From assembly GCA_951406725.2 (NCBI GenBank), contig OX597827.1, positions 47,554,001-47,618,000 of the forward strand: 64,000 bases of DNA, read 5' to 3'. This DNA is from Octopus vulgaris. Its lineage: Eukaryota. This document shows, piece after piece, positions 1 to 14,298 of this stretch. The notes below the pieces were generated by a model that worked only from the letters and a program-made list of their open reading frames with translations, was not told the DNA's origin and did no database searches. Made by a program: the position numbers and the translations under genes. The first letter of the stretch is position 1, and each line of letters opens with the position of its first letter.

Positions 1-157
<157 letters not shown>

Positions 158-169
158 GTGCGTATTTGT

Positions 170-385
170 GTGTGTGTCTTCGTGTTAGTCCACCCAACTA
201 TCACTTGGCAACCGATGTTGGAGTGTTTATGTTCCCGTAACTTACCAGTTCGGCGAAAGTGTCTGATAAAATACCTGCTAGACTTACAAAGAATAAGTCC
301 TGGGGTCAATATCTTCGATTATAAGACCACGAAAAGGCGGCGCTCCAGCATGGCCGCAGTTAAATGACTGAAATAAGTAAAAGAC
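170..385 (+). mobile_element. 3' half of tRNA-derived SINE family C
   Basis: Matches reverse complement of fuller copies at 17222-17580, 29424-29823, 63241-63650 (..ctccagcatggccgcagt..aaatgactgaaa..agtaaaaga tail). Confidence 0.8.
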
Positions 386-469
386 TAGGGAAATAAAAAA
401 AAAATGTCTCGTATAGAAACAAACAGTAAAACAAAACTTAGGGCAAAAAATTACGATGACGAAATTTGT

Positions 470-686
470 AAGAAGGGCTAAACACAGAGAGGACAAACAA
501 TGACAGACAAACGGATTAAGTCGAATACATCGACCTCAGTGCGTAACTGGTACTTATGTAATCGACCCCGAAAGGGTAAAAGGCAAAGTCGACCTCGGCG
601 GAATTTGAACTCAGAACGTAGCGGGAGACGAAATACTGCTGAGCATTCCGCCCGACGTGCTAACGTTTCTACCAGCTCGCCGCCTT
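470..686 (-). mobile_element. tRNA-derived SINE family A (Nin-domain-like core)
   Basis: Reverse complement of the 14728-14960 copy: ggcggcgagctgg head, B-box-like gagttcaaattcc, gtcgactttgccttt..cctttcggggtcga core. Confidence 0.85.
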
Positions 687-3560
687 GGTACGCACATATA
701 CCAAAATCGTGAAGAATTAGTAATATTATTTATAATTAGGAAAGTTATTTATTAAATTTCTAGCTATGGGGCTTGAGAAATCTTCCGGCTCATCCACCAA
801 GAAGAAAAGAAAGCAAACAAAACACGTGGTTACAGAAGAAACAAAAAAAAACTTATAATTAAACTACAGAGCTACAAGTGCTCTTAGTCCCTCAGATTAT
901 GAATAAACATGTCGTAAACCAATGTATTACTCGAAGAAGTTGCAAAAGCTTATGTGATTTTTACGATAACTTAGTAAGTAATCAACGAAGCTACAACCCA
1001 TAATTGCTGAAAACAAAGAAACATTTACGTAGTGCATGAATTAACCAAGAAAAAGATTGTGCTCACCGTGCATACTTCATGAAAAAGTTACTAATAATTA
1101 TTTTAGTGCCAGTAATAAACAAGTCATAATTTAATGGCAAACGTCTACAGATATAAACAAAAATTATCCAAAATTTCTATTAGAAGAGGGTATATTTAAA
1201 AGCGCTCAGTCCACAACCCATTTCGGTCTTGCACAATAAGATTTCATTTGCCTAGCTTATTTAAATAGAATGAACTCAGACACAACTATTTGCAAAAACG
1301 TCAAGCCATCTTTTGGAATCCGACGACTCGACGTCAAGATGTATATTGTAGACGACTTATGACTAAAAACTTTACATTATTTCAAGTCGTAGAGTAACAG
1401 TCTAGCTGCAGAGAAACAATGAAACTGAATAGAAAAACATACTACGCAGGAAAGAGTAAAGTGATTAGCTATGATTAGTATCATTTTCGGATTAGAAAAA
1501 AAATGGCGATATCAGCGTCGAAGAGAGGAAAATTAATTACGAACGTTAATAGCATGATAATAAAACAGAGAGAGAATGAGAGAGAGAGAGCGAATTGCAG
1601 CAAACTCATATATACGGATAATTCGGAATCAATGAAACAAACAATGAAAGGAAAGATTAGGAAAGAATATTCTAGACGCAGTTGACTAATGTATAAAGCA
1701 ACCTAAATGCTAACATTTTAGTAAGCAGCGTATCAGTACTTCAGATGTTCCTTCAATGTTTGACAATAACAATATTTTCAGCTGGACGTTAATTGAAGTA
1801 AGAAGATTAATCAAAATAAAAGAAAAAGAATATGAAAATATTGATTGCATTTATAATAAACCACCCGAATTCTGGTATTGAAAGTATTTATTTCTTACGA
1901 ATACTGGGACCTGGGAGGTAATATGGGACTGTTAAAATAGCTTTGTTAAAATAGCCAGTGGTCAACAACAGAAACATCTATCATTTAAGAATTTTTTCAA
2001 AATGTTTCTATATCTATATTTTTTGGTACTGGTTGGGTGGTTCTATGCATCTTTGAGTTCATAAACGCCCTCTGTGACAGGTTGACGGGTACCACCACAG
2101 TGTTACAAGGCAATTTCAGCACAAGAAACTTTGGCGGTTTCCAACCAGAAATATATGCTTCACTCTCGAAAATAATTTATTGCAATAAAGATACTGAGCA
2201 CAAAATAACGGACACACATCGTATAGCTACGCTTATGTCAACAGACGATAGCTATAAACATGGTGAGTGTTTTAATAAAACGTATGTTTCTTTGTTTAAA
2301 ATGTCGACAACAGAAACCATTTTAAAATAAGCACCTTTTCAAGATATTTCTAAAATTAAGCAAAATAAATTCTTCGTCAGATATTCGATAACTTGCATAT
2401 ATCATCGTTTCTGAAAGCATATGACCACATACAAATTTCGTTTGAAGTGTGTGTATGCGCCTGAAACCCTGTGTATATATGCTTGTATATATAGTGTGTA
2501 GTAGTCGGTGGTCATCACACAATCACCTTTCCTCTCCTTGTTTGGTCTCTCTCACACATGACTGAAACAAACATACCATTTCTCCCTCTCTCCCTTTCTC
2601 TCTCCTTCTATATGTGTGCGTGTGTGTTTGTGTGTGTAACACGTTCACACAAACATATCACAATTATCCGCATAAAATCCCTAAGTGTTTACTTAAAGGA
2701 TGTTTATGTTCCTAACATTAAATAAACGGACATTATCGTTTGTAAAGCTTTTAAATTGGAATATTATTACGACTCACATCGTAGTATTTATCAGGAATGG
2801 CATTTTGCATTGCAAAACTGGGTTCTAAAACACTTAATGGGAAATGTAATTTATGGTGTAGTTTGAGTGAAGTAAAGTTTGGTATTACGAAACATTAAAC
2901 ATATAAATATACATATTGTTTGTTGAGCTCTCCAAATGATTGAGTAATGTGAATTATAAATGAGTGCGTACGTCTAGTAGCACATACATTTACATATACA
3001 TACAGTGTGTGTATCCTTCTCTACTCTACTTTTACCCGATGCCACCTTGAATACTGTTGCCCACTGTGGTTTCTCCACACGAAGCAACTCATTATGAAAG
3101 AGGTATATAACGAGAAAGATAGACGGCATGACAGGCATTGACTATTGGGGTCGACTAAAAAAATTCAATCTCTACTCTCTGCAACGCCAACGGGAGCGCT
3201 ACATTATTTGTGTGATGTAGAAAATATTCCATCAATATTGCACAAATTATGTTGGCATCAATTTTAAAATCAACTCAACATTTGGCCCTCGTGCTATTCA
3301 ACCACAACAAGAATCGAACTCAGGACATACAGCGACATTACGCCACAACTACTTTAACTTAACCGGTCTAGCTCTCTATAATTCCATATCAAAATTTGTC
3401 AAAAAAATCTCCTACACGCGGATATGTCCACAACAAAAATAAATCTTTGCTAGGGTGAGCCATGGTACCACATATATGATTTAAAGACATTACCAGGCGG
3501 TGCTATTAAGTCAGACATGGACTGGACCTATACTGGGCGAAACACATCAAAGCTAGCAAA

Positions 3561-3608
<48 letters not shown>

Positions 3609-3610
<2 letters not shown>

Positions 3611-4791
3611 AGGGCCGTTCAATAAGTAATGCCCCTGACCCACTTGCATTTGCTTGATCTAGCAGGTGTTTGAACTGAGTCAAGTGTGAAATGGAGCTGG
3701 TTGAGTGTCGAGCTGTGATCCGGTTTTTGTATTTTAAAGGATGCACACCACGGGAGACTTTTGATGAAATGAAAGTAACTTATGGTGATGAAGCCCCATC
3801 ATATGACCTTGTAAAATGCTGGCATCGTGAATACAAACATGGTCGGAACTCTCCCAGATCTGGTCGCCCCCCTTCTGCCATTTCTGAGGCATCTGTCTGT
3901 CAAGTTGAGGCTGCCATTTTGGAAGATCGACGCATAACTATTCCCCAAATAGCCCATGAGTTCAAGATTAGTACCGGTTCTGTGGAAACTATCATTCATG
4001 ACGATTTGCATATGCAAAAGGTGTCTGCCAGATGGATTCCCATGTTGCTCACACTTTTCCAGAAGCAAGAACGCGTCGAGTGCTCGAGGATGAATTTGGA
4101 GATGTGTCAAGAAGATGAGTCAAAATTTTTCAAAAGATTGATTACACAGGATGAAATCTGGTCCATCACTATGATCCAGAGACCAAAGCCCAGTAAATGC
4201 AGTGGAAGAACCGTGACTTATCTCCTCCAAAGAAGGCAAGGGTGCAGCCTTCCGTTGGCAAGGTCATGCTCACAGTCTTCTGGGACCAGGACGGAGTAGG
4301 GATGACAGATTTCCTGGAAAAGGGTACCACAATTGCAGGATCCTATTATGCTTCACATTTGAGGAAATTAAGAGAAACTATGAAAATCAAGAGGCGGGAC
4401 AAGATCACAAAGGCATCCTCCTCCTGCAGGACAACGCTCCGGTCCACAACTCGCGTGTCGCCAGATCAGAAGCACAGGCGTGCGGCTATAAACTCCTCCC
4501 CCACCCCTACTCTCCTGACCTTGCACCCTCTGATTTTCACGTCTTCCCAGTCATGAAGTGGTTTTTGAAAGGAAAGCGTTTCCCAGATGATGCAGCCTTG
4601 ATTTCTGAAGTCACGTCGTGGTTGGAGGACCAAGCTGGAGTCTTCTACAAAAACGGTCTCCAGAGCTGCATCAAACGACGAGAGAAATGCGTAACACTGG
4701 ATGGTTCCTATGTAGATAAAGACTAGTAACTGTGCCAAGTTTCGTTGCTCTAGGAAGTGGGTCAGAGGCATTACTTATTGAACGCCTCTCG
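3609..4791 (+). mobile_element. Full-length mariner (Tc1/mariner) DNA transposon with irritans-like CGAGGG ends
   Basis: ~37-bp TIRs cgagggccgttcaataagtaatgcccctgacccactt / aagtgggtcagaggcattacttattgaacgcctctcg followed by TA; sits between (TA)n tracts; encloses transposase. Confidence 0.93.
3691..4726 (+). pseudogene. Frameshifted mariner transposase
   Basis: HTH N-terminus (RAVIRFL..APSYDLVKCW..GRP), WIPMLL (WVPHEL variant), ITQDE, KVMLTVFWD, QDNAPVH and YSPDLAPSD motifs spread over different frames. Confidence 0.92.
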
Positions 4792-4792
4792 T

Positions 4793-4843
<51 letters not shown>

Positions 4844-4904
4844 TACATATATATCTATATATGTATGTATATATATGTATATATATATATGTATGTATAT
4901 ATAT

Positions 4905-4974
<70 letters not shown>

Positions 4975-4975
4975 G

Positions 4976-5810
4976 ACATTATATAATTAGGGCTTAGTAA
5001 AATAAATTACTTTGCCACATACTGAACTTAGTAGAAATAGCAGCCCAAAAAAATTTTCTTAGCATTTCTACTACTTAAAGAAAATTTCTCTCAGATAATG
5101 TTTACTCCAGACAGCTCACGAAGGTTTGGGGGTAAATACAGAAAAATATCACAAGTACATAGATCGTTTGAGTACGTCAAGGTTTCAAGATTAGCCAAAT
5201 AAAATCAGCATTTCTTTCGTCAGCTCAAAATTTCTTAATTTGGATTTGGAAACACTAAAAAGAAGGAACTTTACCCATCAGCGTACTTGTCGCTTCAGAT
5301 GTAATGTTTGCTAGATAGACCACGTGGGTGGAATGGGGAGTGCAGAATTTTACGCCTGCGCATTTTGAATTTGTTGACACTGTTTAGTTAGAGTGGTTCA
5401 TCTGAAGCGACAAGTACGCTGATGGGTAAAGTTCCTTCTTTTTAGTGTTTCCAAATCCAAATTAAGAAATTTTGAGCTGACGAAAGAAATGCTGATTTTA
5501 TTTGGCTAATCTTGAAACGTTGACGTACTCAAACGATCTATGTACTTGTGATATTTTTCTGTATTTACCCCCAAACCTTCGTGAGCTGTCTGGAGTAAAC
5601 ATTATCTGAGAGAAATTTTCTTTAAGTAGTAGAAATGCTTAAGAAAATTTTTTTTGGCTGCTATTTCTACTAAGTTCAGTATGTGGCAAAGTAATTTATT
5701 TTACTAAGCCCTAATTATATAATGTAATATTTTGAATTCGCCTTAAATGGTCCTTTTACATACTGAACACTTGGTGAAATTGATTAATTAATTAATTTTA
5801 CCCTCAATTG

Positions 5811-5811
<1 letters not shown>
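4976..5811. mobile_element. Long foldback element (arms 4976-5301 / 5399-5725) with hammerhead motif; Penelope pseudo-LTR-like
   Basis: ~325-bp near-perfect inverted arms, 97-bp spacer, unpaired ~85-bp tail, flanked by (TA)n. Confidence 0.85.
5471..5533 (+). ncRNA. Type I hammerhead ribozyme motif
   Basis: stem I tttgag/ctcaaa, core CTGACGA, stem II aaga/tctt, GAAAC, stem III acg-ttga-cgt, GTA cleavage triplet. Confidence 0.8.
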
Positions 5812-5873
<62 letters not shown>

Positions 5874-6147
5874 ATATATATATAATTGTATATATATATG
5901 TATACAAGTTTGGTCAAATGTTACCCGACAGTAATTCAAATTTACGTAAATTCAATCTGTGATCCTGTATTGACAGGAATGGGAAAATGTGTCGCTCAAG
6001 AAGGATTTCAATTTAAAAAAATTTCGTGATGTTTCATATTTATGTGCTATAATTAAATTCATTCAGTTGTTAAGCAACTTGCAATAAAATCGGTTTGATT
6101 TGCTGCCAGGTGACTTTTGGCCAACCATGTATATATGGGTGTATATA

Positions 6148-6248
<101 letters not shown>

Positions 6249-6336
6249 AGTATATATAGATGCCAGCTCCAAATACCCTTTTATCTATAAAATCTCTTAT
6301 TTATTTACTATTTCAACAATTTTTTTTTTATAATTA

Positions 6337-6660
6337 TGAGTATAATTATAATTAGGGTTCAGCAAAAATTTACTTCAACACATACCGAAATTTAGAAATA
6401 GCAGTAATAAACAAACTATTTTTCTACCATAAGAAAATCTCCCAGACAGCAATACTCAACAACCGACGCAGAAACGCGTATACAGTTAATCGAAGCCAGG
6501 TGGATTCATAATTTTTTTCACTTTAGCTGCGTGGATTGTTGAGTATTGTTATCTGGGAGATTTTCTTATGGTAGTGAAATAGTTAGTTTGAACTGCTATT
6601 TCTAAATTTCGGTATGTGGGGAAGCAAATTTTTGATGAACCCTAATTATAATTATACTCA
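6337..6660. mobile_element. Diverged foldback element related to 4976-5725
   Basis: Arms 6337-6471 / 6527-6660; share ataattaggg..cacatac.gaa..tagaaatagcag with the larger hairpin. Confidence 0.8.
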
Positions 6661-6750
6661 AAATATAAAAACTTATATATATATATAATAATAATAATGA
6701 TATATATATATAATAATAATAATAATGATATATATATATATATATATATA

Positions 6751-6957
6751 TTTCTTTACTACCCACAAGGGGCTAAACACAGAGGGGACAAACAAGGACA
6801 GACAAAGGGATTAAGTCGACTACATCGACCCCAGTGCGTAACTGGTACTTAATTTATCGACCCCGAAAGGATGAAAGGCAAAGTCGACCTCGGCGGAATT
6901 TGAACTCGAACGTAACGACAGACGAAATATGGCTACGAATTTCGCCCGGCGTGCTAA
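6751..6957 (-). mobile_element. SINE family A, head-truncated, inside (TA)n
   Basis: Matches 14728-14960; intact tail gtcccctctgtgtttagccccttgtgggtagtaaagaaat. Confidence 0.88.
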
Positions 6958-7428
<471 letters not shown>

Positions 7429-8145
7429 GTATGTATTTAAATGTGTTTGTGTGTGTGTGTAAGATTGAACTCAAAACCCTCTTCCCCAAAAGAATTCAGG
7501 AAAAAGATGGGCTAAGATTGAAATATAGATTTCAAATTTTGGCATAGTGCCAGCAATTTCGGGGACAAAACATGTCGATTACATTAACCCAAACACTCAA
7601 ATGGAATTTATTTTATCGAACCCGAACGACTTAAAAGCAAAGTCAATCTAGGCGCAAGTTGAAAGCAGAATATGAACAGGGACGAAAATGCTGTCAATCA
7701 TGTCAGCCCAACGTCATAAGATTGAAATGTTGGATTGCAGAGTATATAAGTGAAAAGCCTCGATCTTTATCATTCTTTGTGAAATGTATTAATAAGAAAT
7801 GTAAATACAAACACAGGTGTGTGTGTATGTTTGAGTGTATATTTGTACGTGCGTGTATGCCCATACATGTGTATATGTGATAGTTGTGTCACTTTGTGTG
7901 TTACTGTTTATATATATTGTATTACATTACATATAAATATTTATGGGCATACGTACATATAGACACAACCATATATATATATGCGTCTATGTATGCATAT
8001 ACCTATGTATGTATGTATGTATGTATGTATGTATGTATGTATGTATGTACGTAGGTAAGTATGTATATATATATACATAGGTAGGTACGTACATACATAC
8101 ATAGACGCATATTCATATATATATATATATATATATAAATACATA

Positions 8146-8379
8146 GTAAAGCCAGTCGTCACATCAAAATTGCTGTTAATTTTTACTACTAGCTTAACCC
8201 TTGGCAGATTCTGCTCCAGCTGGTTAGCGTTGCAACATTCTCCTCTCTTTATATACAATATATATATGGTATATACAGGGTGCAGAGTGTTGCGCCGATA
8301 ACCTGCTGGTGGGGAATCTGCCAGAGGTTAAACTAGTAGTAACATCCAGCAGCCATTTTGATGTCGCAACTGGCTTTAC
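8146..8379. repeat. Imperfect inverted repeat (~95-bp arms) between TA-rich tracts
   Basis: gtaaagccagt..acatcaaaat..tactactag.ttaacc..tggcagattc..gcaaca mirrored at 8285-8379. Confidence 0.75.
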
Positions 8380-9329
8380 CGTTTAGTATCTGTTATCACT
8401 CTATATCTTCTCAAGATTTTATAACTAGCTACTTCGCTTATAAACACGCACACACACACATATATACACACACACACACACATGTATATATATAAACATG
8501 CATATACATACATAGATATATATTTATATATATATATATAAATATATCCATATATATATATATATATATATATTGACAGATATCTGTGTGTGTGAGTGTG
8601 TGTGTGTATGTATACTCACAAGGAACACCATGTACTTCTAAATTAGGCTAATTCTGGGATTTCCATTACAATTTAAAATTCTGTTCATGCAGAACTAATT
8701 ATTTCTACAGTGGCAGTTCATTTGAATACGAACAGCGTGAATGATAAATCACGTATCTAAACTGGGAAACGATACTTAGAAAAAATATTCAGTTTGTTTA
8801 ATGATAACTTACAAAATATAATAGAGTTTAGCAATGCGTTTGATCACTGTATAGGTTAGCATAATCGAAAAATTCGCTTTACATTAAATAAATATGCTAT
8901 AAAGATCACAGTAAGGAATTTAAATAAACTGCCTGATGGAAACTGCATAAAAGTAACATTAAAATGCAGATTGTGATGAAGGAATATGTGTAAATTAAAT
9001 GTAGTTACAAGTGGAACAGTTTACAATATATTTATGACTAGTTTCATTTTGATGGAAAGCACATTGAAAATCTAAACAAAGTGAAAATGAGGTATCGCGT
9101 GTCTAATGTATTGTAATTTACGTGCATATATCTTAGGTATATATGTGTGTATATTATATATATAAATGTATATATATATATATATACTTATACATGTACA
9201 TATATATGTATGTATATATATATATATATACGTATATATATATATATATATATATATATGCATATAAGTATATGTGTGTGCGCGTGTGCGGGACTGTGAA
9301 CTTTGGATTTGCGCCATATTAAAGCATCC

Positions 9330-9469
9330 ATATGAAGTTTGCTTCCCAGCCACATGATTCCGGGTTCAGTCCTTGCCTCAGGCAAGAGTTTTTTCCTATA
9401 GCCACGAGCCGGACTTGGTACATGGAAATTGAAAGAAGCACGTCGCATATATTATCTATTTATCTATCA

Positions 9470-9563
<94 letters not shown>

Positions 9564-9756
9564 CTGTCTGTATCTGTGTGTCTGTGTGTCTGCGTCTTTG
9601 TGTTCGGTTTTGCGGCCGCGTATCCTAGTGGTGCGGCAAAAGAAACCGAGTGAATACGTATAAGGCTTAAAAAATACGCACTGGTGTAGATTCCTTCGAA
9701 TAAATAATTCAAGGTGGTACCCAGCATGGTAACAGTCTAATGTTTGAAACAAGTAA
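9330..9756 (+). mobile_element. Decayed SINE family C interrupted by (TATC)n
   Basis: ccacatg.ttccgggttcagtcc head and ccagcatgg..tgaaacaagtaa tail. Confidence 0.7.
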
Positions 9757-10262
9757 TGATTGATAAACAAAAAAGAAATGGTTTTTGATATGTGAGAACA
9801 ATAATAATTATTATAATAATAATTGAATTAAAGGGTTGAGATAATTGAGTCATGCAAAACTATTTAAAATACGGAGAGTAAATTGTTCATACAAGCAAAT
9901 ATGAACACACATGCATGTGTATTTATAGCTATGAATGAATCTGTATTACCGTATCTGTAGTAAAAGGTTAGATTCGCCAGCTGGGAAAATAAATACCGGA
10001 ATACGGTAAAGTGGATAGTGTTCAGAACCGGTACAGAACCGGTACAGGTGTATTTGTGTGGTAAGAAATTTGCTTCCTTACCACATTATTTCTTGCTATA
10101 CATATATGTATATTGTTATCATTGTTTTATTTAGAAATAAATAGACTTAATATAATGTCTAAAAGTTGATGAATACCACCTCGTGATCCCCTCCATTTTC
10201 TTATTGCTGCATATATATATATATGTATGTATGTATGTATGAATGTATGTATGTATGAAATG

Positions 10263-10324
<62 letters not shown>

Positions 10325-10914
10325 TGTACATCTTTTGACGCATGCATACTCAAACAAATGTGTTCACATATGTTCCCTTCTTGGAGCTGTTTTCCATTAT
10401 ATATTAACACCTATTTTTCTCTAATTACCAATTACCCAAAATGAATTTCTAATTTCAAGATATATTTCTATTTCATTTTTAAGTTTTGTGTAACTCAACA
10501 ATTTAATAATACATGGCCAACTTCCCACTTCGTTTCCTTATCCGCGTACCTATGACTGTAATTGATAACCCAGGCTAACACACACACACATGCGCGCGCG
10601 GACGCATTTATACTTATATATGCTTGTACATTTCATACATAGACAACAGTTATTTTAGGGAAAATTTAAGAGTGACAATTGTTGAAGTATAACTCCATAA
10701 TTAAAAAACAAAAAAAATGACTGTCTATTAATCCGTTAGTATTAACGTTTCGTCTACTACAGCTGTTTCCCCTTTCCTCACGTGCTTTATAAATATCGTA
10801 CAGCACCAATGAAATACCAGGTGTTTTAAATGAAAAAAAAATATCTGTTCCGAATATAGTAACAAATTAATATGTGGCACAATGACTAGTGGTTGTTTTT
10901 TATTTATTCATGCA

Positions 10915-11140
10915 CCCATTACAGGCTCATGGGTCCTGTTTCCCAGCTTCTGTGGCGTATGTGTCCCCTGCCCAGCTGGATGGGACGCCAGTCCATCGCA
11001 ACGTTACCCAAGAAGCTGGAAGAAAGAGTGAAAGAAAGCTGGGGTGAAAGAGTACAACAGGGGTCGTCACCCCCCTGCCGGATCACGCGGAGCTTTAGTG
11101 GTTTTCGCTCAATAAACACACACATCGTCCGGTCAGGAAA
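10915..11140 (-). mobile_element. SINE family B fragment
   Basis: Matches 13993-14298 (ggctcatgggtcc..cccagctggatgggacgccagtccat..aaagagtacaacaggg). Confidence 0.75.
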
Positions 11141-11251
11141 ACACACAATATAGCATACCCGACATTCCTTACATGTCTTGAGTTCGTTGCACTGAAGAGT
11201 ATAGAATGCATATTCTGCATTGATTGCGAAATCACAGGTGATATGTAACTA

Positions 11252-11880
11252 AATTCTGTTTTTAAATGACTTGCTTTGAAGTTTTGCATTCGGTACAATT
11301 TGTTTATTTTAGTAGTTTTGACTGCAAGAGTCACTTCTAGCGTGCGGTACCTATGAATAATAGTACCCTCCATATAATATAAATAAATATTTTCAAAGTG
11401 GAAACATTTACAGATTTTTTCTCTTACGAGGTTTTTCACGCTAACTATTGATAATTTCTTATAAAGATTATATCCTTAATTTTAAATTTATATTTTTCAC
11501 CGGAATAGTTCAATACTGAATTTTTGTTCCGAATAGGCAAATTGTTACCGAAATGCATTGCGAATAAGCCCGCCATTTTCATAGATATGTAAAGATAAAC
11601 ATTTGTACATGCTACGACGGATTCTACGGTTGGCTGTCGGGTATGCTAATTCTGATTTTAAATGACTTGCTTTGAAGTTTTGCATTCGGTACAATTTGTT
11701 TATTTTAGTAGTTTTGACTGCAAGAGTCCCTTCTAGCGTGCGGTACCTATGAATAATAGTACCCTCCATATAATATAAATAAATATTTTCAAAGTGGAAA
11801 AATTTACAGATTTTTTCTCTTACGAGGTTTTTCACGCTAACTACTGATAGTTTCTTATAAAGATCTTATCTTTAATTTTA
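11252..11880 (+). repeat. ~235-bp near-identical direct duplication (11252-11491 and 11648-11880)
   Basis: aattctg.ttttaaatgacttgctttgaag...ttcttataaagat occurs twice; also gives twin ORFs MKNLVREKICK. Confidence 0.9.
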
Positions 11881-12612
11881 AATATATATATATATATATA
11901 TAATCGGCGATAAAGTATGCTAACACCGGTTGACAAGCAATGATGAAGAACGAACACAGACACACATATATAACACATATGCGTTTATAGATATATATAT
12001 ATATATATACGACGGTCTTATTTCAGTTTCCGCTAGCCAGATTCACTCAAATGGCTTTGGTTAGCTGAACATTAGAGTAGGAAGAACATCAGGTAACAGT
12101 ACGTTTCCGTAGTTGGAAATATCTATCACGTAAATCTGTTAATACATCGTATTTCCACATACGTTTAATTTCAAACGAAAATATGTGATATTCCGTTATA
12201 ATTGTGGCTGCTCAATTTGCCCTTTCCTTATATCCCAATTTTAATAAGTTGGATTATTGTGATAAAACATAACTTGAATATTCAATTAACAGAGTTAAAT
12301 GTATAATTCAAGTTGTGTTAACATCGTCTCTTTTATATCTTCGAGTTATCTGGAATTGGAATTAAAACGAAAATTGATACCATAAAACTAATATAATAAA
12401 TAATGGAAATCCAAAAGACAAAAAAAACAACATAGTAGCACAAATATAAACGAAATACGATTTAATTGATTTTGTCCACAGAATCTCAACTCTGTGAACA
12501 GCATAACTCCAACGTAATTATCTCAATGGCTTAGCTCTCTCTCTCTTTTTCATTCTCTCTCACTCTCTCTCTACACTCACACACAAACACACACATATAT
12601 ATATATATATGC

Positions 12613-12672
<60 letters not shown>

Positions 12673-13992
12673 CATATATATATACATATGACTGTGTGTA
12701 TGTATCTATGTAAATACATATGTATGCATACCCAAACATACACACTTATACATACAAGCCTATATATTCATATATTATTTGTATTACAATAGACGCTACA
12801 TTAAAGCAATTAATGCATGTCTCTAGCAGCCGTTAATAGTACATTCTGTATGTTATTTGTTCCCCTATATTTCATTCTTTTATACTTTTGAGGCAGTTTA
12901 TTTTACATAAATCTTCAATTATTTGGCGTTCAATTTTTCGCATAAACTTTATGTAACAACGTGCATTAGAATAATGAAACGTATATTAACCAATTACAAT
13001 CCTGAAAGTGTTAAATACGTATAAAAAATAAGGAAAGCTAATTATTAATTATATGAAAACTGAAATATCTCGTACATAGGTTTTATTTCAAGTTGAAAAC
13101 CTATCAATTTTACTGACGCAACTAATGTAGTCTCCATATTTACGGCCTTCAAATGGCTCCAATCTGATTTTCCAGAAATATTTTTCAAATAAAAATTTCC
13201 TATGAAAAGGAAATCAATGTTAACAGAGATATTAGTTTATCTGATATGAACCAAATTGTAACCGCTCTATTAGAGCGGCGAAAGGCATGAGCGAGTTTCG
13301 ATCCTAAGTATATTTTAATGCTCTTTTTCATATTGTCCCCAATTTTATCATTAAGATGAAAATGTAGGGATTGTTTAAGTAGCAAATATTCACTAGCTTT
13401 CAAATAATGACACGGGATCAGAAATTTCTGGAGGGTGGGTGAATCGATTACATTAAGCCCGTTGCTCAACTAGTAATTATCTTATCGACCCAGAAAAGTA
13501 AAGTCAACTTTGGTGGAATTTGAACTTAATTCAAAAAGGCGGATAAAATGTCTATAAACATTTTGTACGGTGTGCTAACGATTTCACCAGTTTACGCTAA
13601 ATACAGAATATTAATATTTACTTATGATAGCAAGAAATTTCCAATGGAATGACAATTTATAATTTCTGATAAATCATTTTAAATCCTGATAGAAAAGAAG
13701 TAATATGTTTAATGGATCTATTACAACTATGAAAAGTATAAACATTTCAATAGTCATGTCGCTATTCAATACAGGATACATCGTTGTATATATTGCAAAA
13801 TGATTTTCAGAATTTCCTATGTCTTGGCTCCCTTACGTACGTAAACCCTTAACCGCTAATCGAGCATAGACCATTGAAGATATGTCCCCATATTTCTGCT
13901 TCTCTTTAGTTAGATCTCTGCTTTCGAGGATCTTCCTCAGTATTCCGCCGTTAGATTTCTTTCGTCTGGGTGTATTTTCTAATAACATTTTT

Positions 13993-14298
13993 ATGCGCCC
14001 TTTTCAAGCCTAGCCAGGCTCGTGGGCGCGGTTTCCCGGTTTCTGTGGCGTATGTGTTCCCCCCAGCTGGTCGGGACGCCAGACCATCACAACGTTACTC
14101 AAAAAACAGGAAGAGAGAGTGAGAGAAAGTTGGGCCGAAAGAGTACGACAGGGATCACCAACACCCCCTGCTGGAGCTTCGTGGAGCTTTTAGGCGTTTT
14201 CGCTCAATAAACACACACAATGCCCGGTCTGGGAATCAAAACCGCGATCCACCGACCACGAGTCCGTTGCTCTAACCACTAGGCCATTGCGCTTCCAC
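13993..14298 (-). mobile_element. Full tRNA-derived SINE family B
   Basis: Minus strand gtggaagcgcaatggcctagtggttag (A box) ... ggttttgattccc (B-box-like) ... tail ggctaggcttgaaaagggcgcat. Confidence 0.88.

Noticed and set aside
700-1800. A-rich stretch with faint resemblance to a decayed tyrosine-recombinase (Crypton-like) coding region
   Set aside because: No continuous frame or convincing catalytic motif by eye; needs a translated HMM search
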